NCBI GenBank assembly: GCA_964016885.1
Contig: OZ024742.1
Coordinates: 236,716,001-236,780,000, forward strand
Origin: Eledone cirrhosa
Lineage: Eukaryota
Length of the DNA stretch: 64,000 nucleotides
Reading direction: 5' to 3'
In this document: piece after piece, positions 13,689 through 28,307 of the stretch
How positions within the stretch are numbered: position 1 is the first letter of the stretch
How the letters are laid out: every line of letters starts with the position of its first letter
The notes under the pieces: model-generated
Databases searched by the model: none
What the model saw: the letters and a program-made list of their open reading frames with translations, nothing else
Told to the model about the DNA's origin: nothing
Program-made: the position numbers and the translations under genes

Positions 13689-14300
13689 AAGAATGCGTTT
13701 GCATTTAGACACAGAGAGGGATGGTCTCGGCCCAAGACATAATATCACCATGGGACTTCTACGACTCCATCAGACCTTCATGGCCCAATAGCATGGATAG
13801 ATATAAACTGGCTAGGTTGCGGGATAGGTGGTTTGCTGGATGGCTGATTGTTCTGGCTTGATGGCTAATTACTTTCTCGAGAAATAAAAAATTCGCTGGG
13901 CCACAGGTATGGTTGAAGGGTTAAGAAGATCGCATTGGAATTATGATCACTCAGGTTCAATTCCATCTTGGGTCTTTACCACATCCAAAAACTGACCTAA
14001 GTCTTGCAGATGAAATTGCTATCGAGGAAACTGTATGGATGTTCGTCAGATAGATTGTGTTTGTAATTCAAACGTCCAGTCTTTTCACATATAGTGTCAC
14101 GCTGATTCGGCTTAGAAATTAAATTCAGAAAACACGTGTTAATCACTTACACGTTAATTCATGAGTCAGATGCTCAGTTGATCGAACGATTGAATGCTCA
14201 TTGTTGAAACCGACGGAAGCTACATCGTCTACTACATCTAGGGCTACATCATGCAATGTGTCTGTCTAATTTATTTTAGATGATTGCACATATTGTGAAA

Positions 14301-14318
14301 TGTCCAGCAGATGGCGGT
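14301..14318 (+). promoter_or_regulatory. CTCF-consensus-like motif
   Basis: TGTCCAGCAGATGGCGGT matches CCASYAGRKGGCR; lies outside recognised repeats. Confidence 0.4.
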
Positions 14319-14733
14319 ATCCTTGTTGGCTAGATCCGATCTACATATCGGCACTCAATTCTTGAAAGAGGCGTTGGCGTTCGGCCATGACAGAGAGGGG
14401 GGGGGCTAGAAGAAGCAGAAGAAGAGGCAGAGACCTGCAGTACTGGTGTTCTATTTATCGACTTCGAAAGGATGAAAAGCAAACATAGAAATTAGGGTGA
14501 TTCGGAACGAAGAATTGTAACTGACGTTCTAACGACAATGCTAACTCGCTTAATATCACGTTATTCACTTATTAAGCTACTATTTCTAGCAGACAGATAG
14601 AGGTTTCCCCCGTTGGCCGGAAAACATATGTTATTGTTATATATAATAAATCGGCAGTGAAGAACCCCCTCCTTTTCCCTATGTGTATGTCATGTGTAAT
14701 AAAATAGATGTCTCTGTTTGCACCTAATGACCC

Positions 14734-14900
14734 GAGAAGAAGAAGAAGAAGAAGAAGAAGGAGAAGGAGAAGGAGAAGAAGAAGAAGAAGGAGAAGAAGA
14801 AGAAGAAGAAGAAGAAGGAGGAGGAGAAGAAGAAGAAGAAGAAGAAGAAGAAGAAGAAGAAGAAGAAGAAGAAGAAGAAGAAGAAGAAGAAGAAGAAGAA
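14734..14900 (+). repeat. (GAA)n/(GGA) trinucleotide microsatellite
   Basis: Directly visible. Confidence 0.98.
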
Positions 14901-15094
14901 GCGGCAGCAGCAGTTCCAACCAAGTTCCAGAGAACTACCAGGGTGGGAGGAGTAGCTTTCATAATCTTTAGTAAAGTAGATGAGGGAGTGGTGTAGGGTG
15001 ATAGGGAGATGTAGTGGAGATGGAGGGGGAGAAGAGACAGATATGATATATGAGACTACACTTGCATGAACCCCACTTGTTATCATTGCCACAA

Positions 15095-16525
<1,431 letters not shown>

Positions 16526-16607
16526 TGTCACAAGCACTGTAGTGAGAGTTACAGATTCAGAAACAGACAAGTACGAATAAAATATTACACACACATGTGT
16601 AAGTGTG

Positions 16608-16849
16608 ACGGTGTGTAGCTTAATGATAAGGATGGTTGACTCAGAATTGAAAGGCTGTCAGTTCGTTTCCCGTGGCTGGGTTGTGTCCCTTTGCAAGACA
16701 CTTTATTTAACGTTGCCCTAGCCTATTCACCTGGCAAAAATGAGTTGTTTCTGTAACTCAAAGTACTGTAAGTCAAAGTACTACTCTTGATACACCTTAT
16801 GTCATGCTGAATCTCCTTGAGAATTACGTGGAATGTTCAGCCTCTAGCC
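16608..16849 (+). mobile_element. tRNA-derived SINE family 2
   Basis: A-box-like tagcttaatgataagg, B-box-like gttcgtttcccg, body gcaagacacttta...gtcatgctgaatctcc; related copies at ~10690-11040, 13885-14225, 25420-25700, 43224-43770, 49860-50080, 50715-50970, 51320-51445. Confidence 0.7.
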
Positions 16850-17131
16850 CAATCATGGGCAACCTGCGGCCCGCGAAGCTTTCTGAATGGCTCGCCTAAG
16901 TCACCTAAGTGAAATCTTTCTGATTTTTTTTACACAAACTTTTCAGTCGTAATTTATCTTTCTATCATGTTTACAATCGAGGAAAACAACGTGTACGAAT
17001 ACTGAAGAAACAAATCAAAACAACCTGAGTTACCGCCCTTTTCTTTTAATGTGCGCACGAAGGTAAATTACCACCTGAGGATGAGCCATATCTCATGCGG
17101 CCCGCTTCTCGAAAAAGGTTGCCCATGTCTG
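16850..17131. mobile_element. hAT-type MITE with 8-bp TSD
   Basis: TIRs caatcatgggcaacc / ggttgcccatgtctg; TSD ctctagcc at 16842-16849 and 17132-17139; gcggcccg subterminal repeats. Confidence 0.88.
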
Positions 17132-17918
17132 CTCTAGCCTATACACCTGGCAAACATGAGTTGTTTCTGTAACTCAAAGTACTACCCTTGATACACCTTA
17201 TGTCATACTGAATCTCCCTGAGAATTACGTGGAATATTCAGCCTCTACCCCTTTAGAACTATCACCAACAACATCAACAACACTAACAACAATAGAAACA
17301 ACAGCTACACTCACCAAGAGCACCCTAATCACCACCATTTCCAATATTAAAACCACCACCAATAACAACTACGACAATATAATCCCCAACCACCACCGCC
17401 CCACCACCATCAACAATAATAACACCACCACCACTACCACCAATAACAACAATACCATAGATTAGTGTGAAATCTCTACCAATAACACCACCACCACCAC
17501 TACCACCACCACCACCACCACCACCACCACCACTAACAACAATTGTGAAATCCCTACTAATAACAACACGGCCACCACCACCAACAACAACAACAGCAGT
17601 CCTCACCAAAACCCTACTACCACCAACAACAACAGTCCCCACCGAAACCCTACCACCACCACCACCACCACCACCACCGTCACCAATACCATCAAAGAGC
17701 ATGTAACCACCATTAACCACTTATTGGTGTTATAATCTCACCAAATAAACATGTGGAGATTAGATAGAAACCTACTCTCTTCTCAGATTACTGATGGCAT
17801 TATTTATGGTATGGTGGTGGTGATATTGTTGTTGATGGTGGTGGTATTATTGCTGTTCTAGTGTTGTTGTTGGTGGTGGTGGTGGTGTGATAGTGGTGTT
17901 GTTGTTGTAGTGTTGTTT

Positions 17919-17949
<31 letters not shown>

Positions 17950-18681
17950 TGGTGGTGGGGTGTTGTTAATGGTGGTGGTGGTGGTATTTTTGTTATAGAG
18001 CAAGTCTAATAATAGTGAATCATGGAGTAATAGTAATGAACTAAAACTTAGTGCTCCACCTAATAATCTCTATCAAACACTATTAAATAACACTCCACCC
18101 CTAGGTAGGAGTCTAATCGTTGGAGGCCTGCTACTTGGTTTAATCCACCATCTAGTGAGCGTGTGGCTTCTAATATCACCAAAGACCTTCTCCAATTCCT
18201 ATAAGTACCATAAGTTGCTTAATAAAACACGATCAAACTTTCATTCTCAACCACCCCTAATTTAGTTGATTATTTAATCTTTAGTAACAACATAGGACTA
18301 AACAATATAGTATGATATCTGTGAATGCTAAAAACACGAACAAAGTAAATGCATCGAAGCGTTTAAAACGTACTGACCTGGATCCTAACGAATTTTCGTT
18401 AACCAACCATCGTACACATCTTAAGTCTCTTAGTACCAAATAGGTAACCGCAACTGTGACTGTAGAAACCCTGAAACATGCCATCTTAATGACAATTGCC
18501 TTATAAAAAATATAGCGTACCGATGTGCTACTTCTAAATCTATCTGCACCATCGTAAATATTGGTGCAACTTCGAATAGCTTTAATTCTCAGTAGTACAT
18601 AAAAAAAAACCTTTCGTCGCTCACCTGTTATATATAGGAATTGAAAAATGTTAATATGGAATACCCCCTTAACTCAACACC

Positions 18682-18814
<133 letters not shown>

Positions 18815-18874
18815 GTGTGTGTATATATATATATATACATACATATATATATATACATACATACATATATATAT

Positions 18875-18944
<70 letters not shown>

Positions 18945-19446
18945 TTGTTTTGCAAGGTTTTTGATATGAAATCGTGTGTCGAAACAAATATTGTTATACT
19001 TGGGGAGGGTCATATTGTTGTAATAATATTGCCAGAAATAATAACAGAACACACTCACTGTTTGGTTGGTTTTCGCTTCTGTATCTTTTATATCTCCATA
19101 GTTAATTTATTTGGCAATCAAAGTTTTTCATTGATTGACCAACGTTTAAAAATACAAATATAAATATATATATATATATAGTCAATCAAAGTTCTTTCGT
19201 TGCACATCTGCAATATCATCAGTGGTACTATTATGTTCCCTACTATTGTATTGTATTGTATTGTAATGCCTACTCCATTTTTATTTCCTTTATTTATTTA
19301 TTTCTTCTGGTCTCCGTCTCTGCGCATGCGTTTGCGTGTGTGTATAATGTTTGGTGTGTGTGTTCGCGTTTGAATGTATGTGCTTTAGTTTTTGTATTCC
19401 ATCTTTGTTTACTAGTGTGTGTTTATATGTGTTTGTTGTTATTGTA

Positions 19447-19558
<112 letters not shown>

Positions 19559-19876
19559 TATATTTCCCTTAAGTCACTATTGTTTGTTTGGGTATGGCTG
19601 TTGTTATTCCATTCGTTTTTTTCTGTTTGGCGTAGACCCAGCACTATCATCCGTTTACGATGCAAGACCATGCGATTTCATCAGCAGTTATTTGAAGAAT
19701 TATGCAACAGGATTACGTTGAACACAAACAGAATAGAAAATAGAAGATAGAGCATATATGCATAGTCTTGCATCTTAATCGGATGGTAGAGCTGGACCAT
19801 CGAAATATGCAGAGTGATTTCGCGGAATTAAAATTCTGGAGTAAATATTCCAGTCCGGCCTTCTGTTGTTGATTTA

Positions 19877-19934
<58 letters not shown>

Positions 19935-19953
19935 ACTAGGAATTGTTGATTTA

Positions 19954-19984
<31 letters not shown>

Positions 19985-19987
19985 TAT

Positions 19988-20149
19988 ATAGGAACGAGTA
20001 AGACCCCGACGGCTGAGCTCAAGCCGTTTCGAAACGGCTTGAGCTCAGCCATCGGGGTCTTACTCGTTCCTATTACCCACTCTACTACCCTAAGTATTGA
20101 GTACTTTGGTGCTTTATGGTCCACCTGGTTCCTTACCACATTTCCTTCG

Positions 20150-20150
<1 letters not shown>
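19988..20150. mobile_element. Foldback element family C in (TA)n
   Basis: Near-perfect palindrome centred on gtttcgaaac; same family as 3528-3782. Confidence 0.85.
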
Positions 20151-20185
<35 letters not shown>

Positions 20186-20189
<4 letters not shown>

Positions 20190-20878
20190 AATAGGAATTT
20201 ATTGACATATATATATATTTAAAATAAACACATGAAACAATCACAGGGATAGAGCTTATTCTACGGTGGATATGGCGCATGTCTCGGACATGACTCCCTT
20301 AATTTAATTTAATTAAATTCATTTCGGATATATACACGGCTCCTTAATTGTAGAGCTACCTCAGTTGAAAGTACTCGGCTGCTATTTATAGCTGTCGATC
20401 ACCCTATTCACGCCACTGCGATGACGCTAGCATGTTGTTAGTAGTTTTAGAATTGCAACATGTGCGATGGGTCACTCGCAGATTTACATTTGATGTGTAA
20501 ACACAGATAGTTAAATCTTCTCCCTTGCTGAAGATTCGTCATTTGACTACTGTGACTTTACGGATTAATGGTGAAATATATTTCATTAATGAAATATATA
20601 CAAGGAAGATTAATCATTTTTTAAAAGGTAATATTTGAAGCTCTAGTTAAACTTTAATTAGTTACCTACCTAGCAATGTGTGATTACACACTATACAAAT
20701 TATCCCCTGTGATTGTTTCATGTGTTTATTTTAAATATATATATATATGTCCATCAATTTCTAGTTGATATAAAATGCTCGGATCTATTCATTGGAATCT
20801 TTGAGCTTATTCTACGGTGGATATGGCGCATGTCTCCGAGATGACTCCCTTAATTTAATTTAATTAAATAAATTTTTG
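20186..20878 (+). mobile_element. Non-autonomous Penelope-derived element (family D): inverted 5' segment, ~560-nt monomer, partial tandem repeat
   Basis: 20186-20240 is inverted relative to ~20702-20770; 20242-20318 is repeated at 20803-20870; hammerhead inside; 3'-end homolog at 61253-61350. Confidence 0.8.
20514..20611 (+). ncRNA. Type I hammerhead with branched stem II
   Basis: Stem I AATCTTC..CCTTG/CAAGGAAGATT; CTGAAGA; GAA-ATATAT-A. Confidence 0.75.
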
Positions 20879-21016
<138 letters not shown>

Positions 21017-21359
21017 TTCTTTTCTTTTCAATGGCTGAGGAAAACCAAGGTTAACGTATGTTGGTGCCCTAAGGGCAGACACTGGTCTGTTGGAGAGGCA
21101 AGACATGGCAGCGCTAATGAGGGACAGAGACCACTGGAGAGAACTCGTCCATGGATCTCGGGAATTTTACCTGCCCTTGATAGATAGATACATACATATA
21201 ATGAGTTGACGGCCCCAGCATATTTATCAATGCAAGGACCGGTTGTATCTCAGCATACTCAATGGGCAGTGTATATATGTGTATATGTGGTTGTGAGTGT
21301 ATATATGTATGTGTGTGTGTACATATAGATCGAACTAACACTCTCATCAATACAAGATA

Positions 21360-21429
<70 letters not shown>

Positions 21430-21431
<2 letters not shown>

Positions 21432-21770
21432 AAGAAAATGCGAAGTAGTTTCAGATGTTAAAATGCTTTATTTCAAGGCTGTAATACATATTCCAATGAC
21501 GACAGTAGCCACGCGATTCCGCGTACCCAGTGCCATGATCTCAACAGACAGCATCTTACATGATAAAGTTACGTTCCCGGGGCCATCCAAATTGCTCTCT
21601 GATGAGATCATGGCACTGGTTACGCGGAATCGCGTGGCCACTGAGGTCCTTGAAATATGTATCACAGCCTTATCAATAAAGCATTTTAACATCTGAAACT
21701 ACTTCGCATTTTCTTATACAAAATATACTTCGTCATCCTTACGCGGAAAAAGTACGTTGAGTGCTTGAAA
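21430..21770. mobile_element. Foldback element (family E) with hammerhead at 21594-21668 (+)
   Basis: Arms ~21430-21545 and ~21600-21716; GCTCT-CTGATGA-long stem II (TGGTTACGCG gaat CGCGTGGCCA)-GAA-ATATGTAT-C-ACAGC. Confidence 0.75.
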
Positions 21771-21774
21771 CGGC

Positions 21775-21900
21775 CCTTGCCATTCTGAGTTCAAATCCCA
21801 CCGAGGTTAACTATGTCTTTCATCCTTACGGGGTCGATAAAATAAAGTACCAGTAATACACTAGGATAATCGCTGGCCTTGTGCCAAAAGTAGAAACAAT

Positions 21901-21902
<2 letters not shown>
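21775..21902 (+). mobile_element. SINE family 1 (3' part)
   Basis: ctgagttcaaatcccaccgagg...ggccttgtgccaaaagtagaaacaatt; other copies at 9960-10035, 13480-13580, 23748-23853, 24846-24942, 35790-35905, 40765-40990, 41690-41968, 56185-56325. Confidence 0.85.
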
Positions 21903-21935
<33 letters not shown>

Positions 21936-21939
<4 letters not shown>

Positions 21940-22214
21940 AATTAAAAAGAACAGAAAGATGCAGTAAAAGAGATTTATTCGGTTCTTACGTACGTTTCAA
22001 TAGACATCAATTTGCCTAGATCTCGCTACATCTATAATATTTCTGTTCTTTTTAATTCTTTTTAATTCTTTATACACGCCCCGGAATATAGCTAAACTGG
22101 AATATACACCTTTTTTCTGCATTTCGTTGAGCACCACTCTGTTATAAGCTGACATTCCACTACACGGTACATAACACTGTGTCCTGGAAAACATTAATGC
22201 ACTCGTGCATAACC

Positions 22215-22220
<6 letters not shown>
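21936..22220. mobile_element. Foldback element with truncated hammerhead in (TA)n
   Basis: IR aagaattaaaaagaacagaaa / tttctgttctttttaattctt; minus strand GAA-ACGTACGT-A preceded by a stem II-like ATAGATGT/ATGTCTAT. Confidence 0.6.
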
Positions 22221-22292
<72 letters not shown>

Positions 22293-22294
<2 letters not shown>

Positions 22295-22596
22295 AAAGTT
22301 ATATTTAAATTGTTGGGTTACAACTAGTAAATATTTATAACTGATATAAAAGCACTCAACAAGTATTTGGAGTATATTTACGATATTAAATAAATGGAAA
22401 CTATATTTATAAAACCATATCTATTTCATTATATATATTTCAGGGATATCATATTAACAATATGTTATGCCTTCTTCAGACAAAATTTTGTATTTTGTCT
22501 GAAGAAGGCATAACATATTGTTAATATGATATCCCTGAAATATATATAATGAAATAGATATGGTTTTATAAATATAGTTTCCATTTATTTAATATC

Positions 22597-22598
<2 letters not shown>
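22293..22598. mobile_element. Foldback element (family F) with ~107-bp arms
   Basis: 22380-22486 is the reverse complement of 22492-22598; flanked by (TA)n on both sides. Confidence 0.9.
22491..22556 (+). ncRNA. Type I hammerhead ribozyme
   Basis: TATTTTGT-CTGAAGA-AGG..CATATT gtt AATATG..CCT-GAA-ATATATAT-A-ATGAAATA; antisense copy at 22422-22486. Confidence 0.88.
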
Positions 22599-22650
<52 letters not shown>

Positions 22651-22766
22651 ATATGTATACATATACATATATATATAATGTACACATATAGACATAATTA
22701 TACACACACATATATGTATAAATGTATATATATATACATACACACATATGTATGTATGTATACATG

Positions 22767-22819
<53 letters not shown>

Positions 22820-23345
22820 TATTAATGTTAAGGATACTATTTATAGTTATGTATATATTATACTATAAACAACTATAAACAGGTAAGGTCAGTAATTTAT
22901 TACTACCTTATTACCAGTAAGATAAATAGCTCAATGTAAGAACATCATTTGTTATACAGAGCAGTAATATAGAATACACAAGAACAAAGCTATGTTAGAA
23001 CATTTAATTGCTGACAATTGTTTCTTCCAAGCCTAGGCTTGGCGTCTTCGGAGCATTATTAATAATGTTTGTACATATAATCAACCTCCTATTCTGCTGA
23101 AGAATCATACAGATACATATTGTGGACAACAGTGTGCGATGGATGCGACATATATTATGTTATACTATAATTGTACAGTAAGATTCAAAATTAAAATTAA
23201 AAGCTTTTGGTTGAGCACATGTGACAGATAATACAAGAGCGTCTAGTAAATAAATAAAATTAAAGAGAGAGTTATTAATAATGCTCAGAATGGAAGAAAC
23301 AATTGTCACCAATTAAATGTTCTAACATAGCTTTGATTCTTGTGT

Positions 23346-23350
<5 letters not shown>
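22820..23350 (-). mobile_element. pLTR element (family H) with hammerhead at 23005-23058 (-) and inverted segment 23273-23350
   Basis: TAATGCT-CCGAAGA-cgCCAAGC ctag GCTTGGaa-GAA-ACAATTGT-C-AGCAATTA; same family as 2068-2190. Confidence 0.78.
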
Positions 23351-23427
<77 letters not shown>

Positions 23428-25152
23428 GATAAATCTACCAAAATGTACGGTAGTGTCCAATCCGTATGAAGAGCTCAATGTAATCCGAATATCATGAAAA
23501 GAGAGGATGTATTCAAAAATTTTTTTAGATGAAAAATACAGGAAAACAGAGTCAAGATATATTAATAACAATAATGAATAAACAAAGAAACAGTTCCTTA
23601 TATTAAAAAATTCATCATTTTACGATCGTTTCTAGGATATATATGTTAGTGTTGGTATGCATATCATATAGATCTATGTAAAATTTTTACAAACTATCAG
23701 AAGGAATATACATACCTACACATATATATGCTGTCTTCAGAAATAATTGTTTCTACTTTAGGCACAAGGCCAGCAATTACCCAGTGCATTACTGGTACTT
23801 TATTTTATCGAGCCCGCAAGGATGAAAGGCAAAGTCAACCTCGGCGGGATTTGCAACAAAGATTTAATACAATAGGTCTGTTTGGGAACAGGTTTTGAAT
23901 TGACCAATAGAAAGATAGTGAAGGTCAAGATGATAAAATAGTAGTAATAGAACCTTAATTTAGGGGTAGAGGAAGATAGATTTCAGATTTGGATGGAAAG
24001 AATATTATGAATGAAAGATTATTTTAGGGATGAAAATAGGTCATATGCTGTCTTCAGAAATAATTATATTTGTTCATTGAATAAAACCAACAAAGATTTA
24101 ATATAATAGGTCTGTTTGGGAACAGGTTTTGAATTGACCAGTAGAAAGGTAATAACTGACCAAATGGTATAATAGTAGTAATGGAACTTTAATTTAGGGG
24201 TAGAAGAAGGCAGATTTCAGTTTTGAATGGAAGGAGTATGATGAATGAAAAGGTTATTTTAGGGGTGAAAATAGGTCAGGTCGGTAAAAGGTACACGAAA
24301 AATTGCTGTTATAAAAGAATAATGCCATTGTAAATATCTAAGGAGACTAAAATTTTACGATAAAGGTGTTAGTGAAAAAAATATATGGAATTTACATCTA
24401 TGAAAAGAAAATAAATTAATTAAATTGATAGGTATATTTATATTGATAAAATTATATTAATGCATATAGATATGATAAATAAGAGTTAGATGTAATTGAA
24501 GAGTGCTGTTAAAAACGAGGGGAAATAAAAAAAATATATAATTATTGGGGGGGGGGGGGTTAAAATTATTAGTGAGAAATAACAAATATATAGAGATTAC
24601 AAGGAACATAGAATCATAACCTGAAATTAAAACAGTATATATGTATACTTAATGGTATCAATTTTAGGAAAAGATAGTTGTAAAAGGGAAATAAAATTAT
24701 GTAGTTCATCAGTAGTAGAATATTAATTATAGGTTAACTAAATTAAAAACAATGTTATTATAATAATTTCTAAAGTGTATATTAATTAGGTTTATAATAT
24801 TTAAAGGTTTTTCTCAGTTTATGATTACACGATATTATTAATTCCTAACTTTGCCTTTCATCCTTATGGGGTCGATAAAATAAAGTACCAGTAATGTACT
24901 GGATAATTGCTGGCCTTGTGCCAAAAGTAGAAACAATTATTAATTCCTGTCGCTTATTTAATAGGATATCCTTAGATTTCATTATTTCGAAAAGTTCTTG
25001 GGAACACAATCTACATTCATATCTATTATTTTGATAAGGGGTGGCCCTTTTGAGCACACTCCATGTCAGGTCATAATCTATATTCCTCTTTCTATAATTA
25101 TTAATTATTTCAGCTAAAGATGTTGTATTAGCTAATGCGGCATTTTTAAAAC
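23428..25152 (-). mobile_element. 3' part of a Naiad-type Penelope element: GIY-YIG C-terminus, AT-rich 3' UTR, hammerhead pLTR; interrupted by two SINEs
   Basis: Translation NTTSLAEII...LTWSVLKRATPY...CRLCSQELFEI...LLNKRQEL parallels 286-1065; internal tandem duplication ~23855-24050 / 24090-24280. Confidence 0.75.
23614..23747 (-). ncRNA. Type I hammerhead with ~100-nt stem II
   Basis: ATTATTT-CTGAAGA-[CAGcATATATATG...CATATATATcCTA]-GAA-ACGATCGT-A-AAATGAT. Confidence 0.72.
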
Positions 25153-26129
25153 TATATATACATACATATATATATACACATACATATATATATATACATT
25201 GTGTGTGTATGTAGATATATGTATGTATACAGAGCGAGATAGTGGGAGAGGGCATGAGATTTCTAATGCCTCCTGTATGAAACATGTTTATGTAATGTCT
25301 TTTATCTTTCTATATATTTAAAATGTAAGATAAACGAATAAATTCGTCAACTGGAGAAGGTTGTATTTCTAACATCGGAATATCATGAAATATGATGGAT
25401 TCTCCCTCGATTTCGACGATGAGCCTTCATTTGTTCCGTGAACTGATTTTCTAACTAATGAATTAATAAGTAAACCTTTGAGTATCCCACAGATACTTTT
25501 ACCCTTAGCGTAACTCCCAAGCCGAATCAGCGTGACATTCTATTTAACAAAGCTAGTCCTTTGAATAATAGGTAAAATTTATCTACAAGTTTCCTTATAA
25601 ATTCACTCAACAAGGTTTGGGTAAACAAGAAGCTATGGTAAAGAGATTTACCCACGATGCCACGCAGTGAGATCGAACTCTGGACTTCCTAACCACTTAT
25701 GAAATATTTAATAAATGTGTAAACTGTCGTTTTGTTTTTCCTTACTTTACTCCCGTTTTCACCCCTAACTTGCATTGTACTGGCCATCTCCTAAAAGAAT
25801 TCTAACCACATATTTCACAATGCTTCATGTAAACTATATGGTTATTTTAACGCGTCTCCCTCACTGCACTCTGGGGTAACGGTTTCTCCATCCTTGTCCT
25901 GTGGTTGTGCACGCCACAGAGTGATCAGCCACTCTGTTCAGACTTATATCATTGGAGTAGTGATTGTATAGGATTGTTGACTCAACGACTACTACTATAT
26001 ATAAACAGTAACGTTAATATCCAGTTATAACGATACAACTTTGTTTAAAAACATATATTGTAGAAACAGAAGCATGGGAGAGAATCTGAGAACAAAGAAA
26101 GTGTCATCCATTCAACGAGAGATAAAACA

Positions 26130-26360
26130 ATATAATGGCTGGATGTTAATGTAGTTATAGCTGTTTTTAGTTAGTGGTTGTGGATAGTTAGAATGTTTAT
26201 AATTGCACCTACTTAATTGTGCTAGGTAGTTATAGTAGACAGACCTGTATCTAGTTAATTGTGGTGGATGGTTAGGGTGGTTACAACTGTATCTAGTTAA
26301 TCGTGGTGGATAGTTAGAGTGGTTATATATATACGTAGTTAATTGTGGTGAATGGTTAGT
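26130..26360. repeat. Degenerate ~39-bp minisatellite
   Basis: Recurring tagttaattgtggtggat.gttag..tggtta unit. Confidence 0.7.
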
Positions 26361-26375
26361 TTCTGGTTCAGCTGT

Positions 26376-26630
26376 TAAATCCTGCGGGCGAAAGAGTGTT
26401 GGTGTGGCGCCGAATGGCAGGAGGACCCCTTGGTTCCATAAAGAGGTCAAGGATGCCATCCGAGCAAAGAAGGAGGCCTACAAAGCTTGACTTTGAAATA
26501 AGTCCTCTTTCAGGCACTTGCAGTACAAGCAGGCACGAAGAATCGCAGCGGAGACAATAAAAGCGTCCAAGGTAAACACATGGGAGCACTTTGGGTTTAA
26601 GCTATAATCCGACTTCAGATCAGCAAACCT
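26376..26630 (+). mobile_element. RTE (Expander/Rex3-like) LINE fragment
   Basis: Manual translation SCGRKSVG...RTPWFHKEVKDAIRAKKEAYKA...YKQARR...TWEHFG. Confidence 0.7.
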
Positions 26631-26689
26631 CTGTGATCCGAGACATATAGTCTAAGCATCAATAACACCATGACCATCATCCACGACGA

Positions 26690-26952
26690 CGACGATCACC
26701 ACCACCACCACCACCACCACCACAAGCACCAGCACCACTAGCACCACCAGCACCACCACCACCAGCACCACAAGCACCAGCACCACAAGCACCACCAGCA
26801 CCACAAGCACCAGCACCACTAGCACCACCAGCACCACCAGCACCACCACCACCAGCACCACCAGCACCACCACCAGCACCACCACCACCACCACCACCAG
26901 CACCACCACCAGCACCACCACCACCACCAGCACCACCAGCACCACCACCACC

Positions 26953-26983
<31 letters not shown>

Positions 26984-27120
26984 CCACCACAAGCACCACC
27001 ACCACCACCACCACAAGCACCACCACCACCACCACCAGCACCACCATCACCACCACCACCACCACCACAAGCACCACCACCACCACCACCAGCACCACCA
27101 TCACAACCACCACCAGCACC

Positions 27121-27151
<31 letters not shown>

Positions 27152-27171
27152 CCACCACCACAAGCACCACC

Positions 27172-27202
<31 letters not shown>

Positions 27203-27219
27203 CCAGCACTACCACCACC

Positions 27220-27250
<31 letters not shown>

Positions 27251-27396
27251 CCACAAGCACCACCACCACCACCACCACAAGCACCACCACCACCACCACC
27301 AGCACCACCATCACCACCACCACCACCACCACCACAAGCACCACCACCACCACCACCAGCACCACCATCACCACCACCACCACCACCACAAGCACC

Positions 27397-27427
<31 letters not shown>

Positions 27428-27942
27428 CCACCACCACCACCACCACAAGCACCAGCACCACAAGCACCACCACCACCACCACCACCACCACCACCACCAC
27501 CAGCACCACAAGCACCACCACCACCACCACCACCACCACCACCACCACAAGCACCAGCACCACAAGCACCACCACCACCACCACCACCACCACCACCACC
27601 ACCACCAGCACCACAAGCACCACCACCACCACCACCACCACCACCACCACCACAAGCACCAGCACCACAAGCACCACCAGCACCACCACCACCACCACCA
27701 CAAGCACCACCACCACCACAACAAGCACCACCACCACCACCACCACCACCACCACCACCACCACCACCACCACCACCACCACCACCACAAGCACCACCAC
27801 CACAAGCACCACCAGCACCACAAGCACCACCACCACCACCACCACCACCACCACAAGCACTAGCACCACCAGCACCACCACCAGCACCACCACCAGCACC
27901 ACCACAAGCACTAGCACCACCAGCACCACCAGCACCACCACC
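26690..27942. repeat. ~1.25-kb (CAC)n array with CAG/CAAG variant units
   Basis: Directly visible; explains the poly-Val/Gly/Trp ORFs. Confidence 0.97.
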
Positions 27943-28276
27943 TATCCACCCGTACATATACCCCGATATGTATTTGACAAGTCACAATGTAACACGTGTA
28001 TATGTAACACCTTTGATTGTAACACAATGTAACACCTTTGATTTCTAGCCCCTCCCACTTCTAATTATTACTGCTTCGTTTATGAACTCCTTTGTTTTGA
28101 AGTTTCAAGTTTTTGTTTTTTTGTACAGGCGTTCATGTACATACGCTTACGCCCACATATACGCACACATACACAAACACGCACGCACTCTCACACACTA
28201 ACACATATATATACACACGCACTCACATTTATACACACACACTCATACAGTCACATTCGCACACATTGACTTGTGC

Positions 28277-28307
<31 letters not shown>

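Noticed and set aside
16608-16690. tRNA gene
   Set aside because: No intact cloverleaf; it continues into a SINE body.
19637-19830. Possible hammerhead in an imperfect foldback (CTGATGA on minus at ~19678, CGAAATAT at 19801)
   Set aside because: The core halves lie on different arms and stem I cannot be assigned convincingly.
26652-27957. 429-aa poly-Val and 426-aa Gly-rich ORFs
   Set aside because: Translations of a (CAC)n repeat; no complex sequence or gene context.
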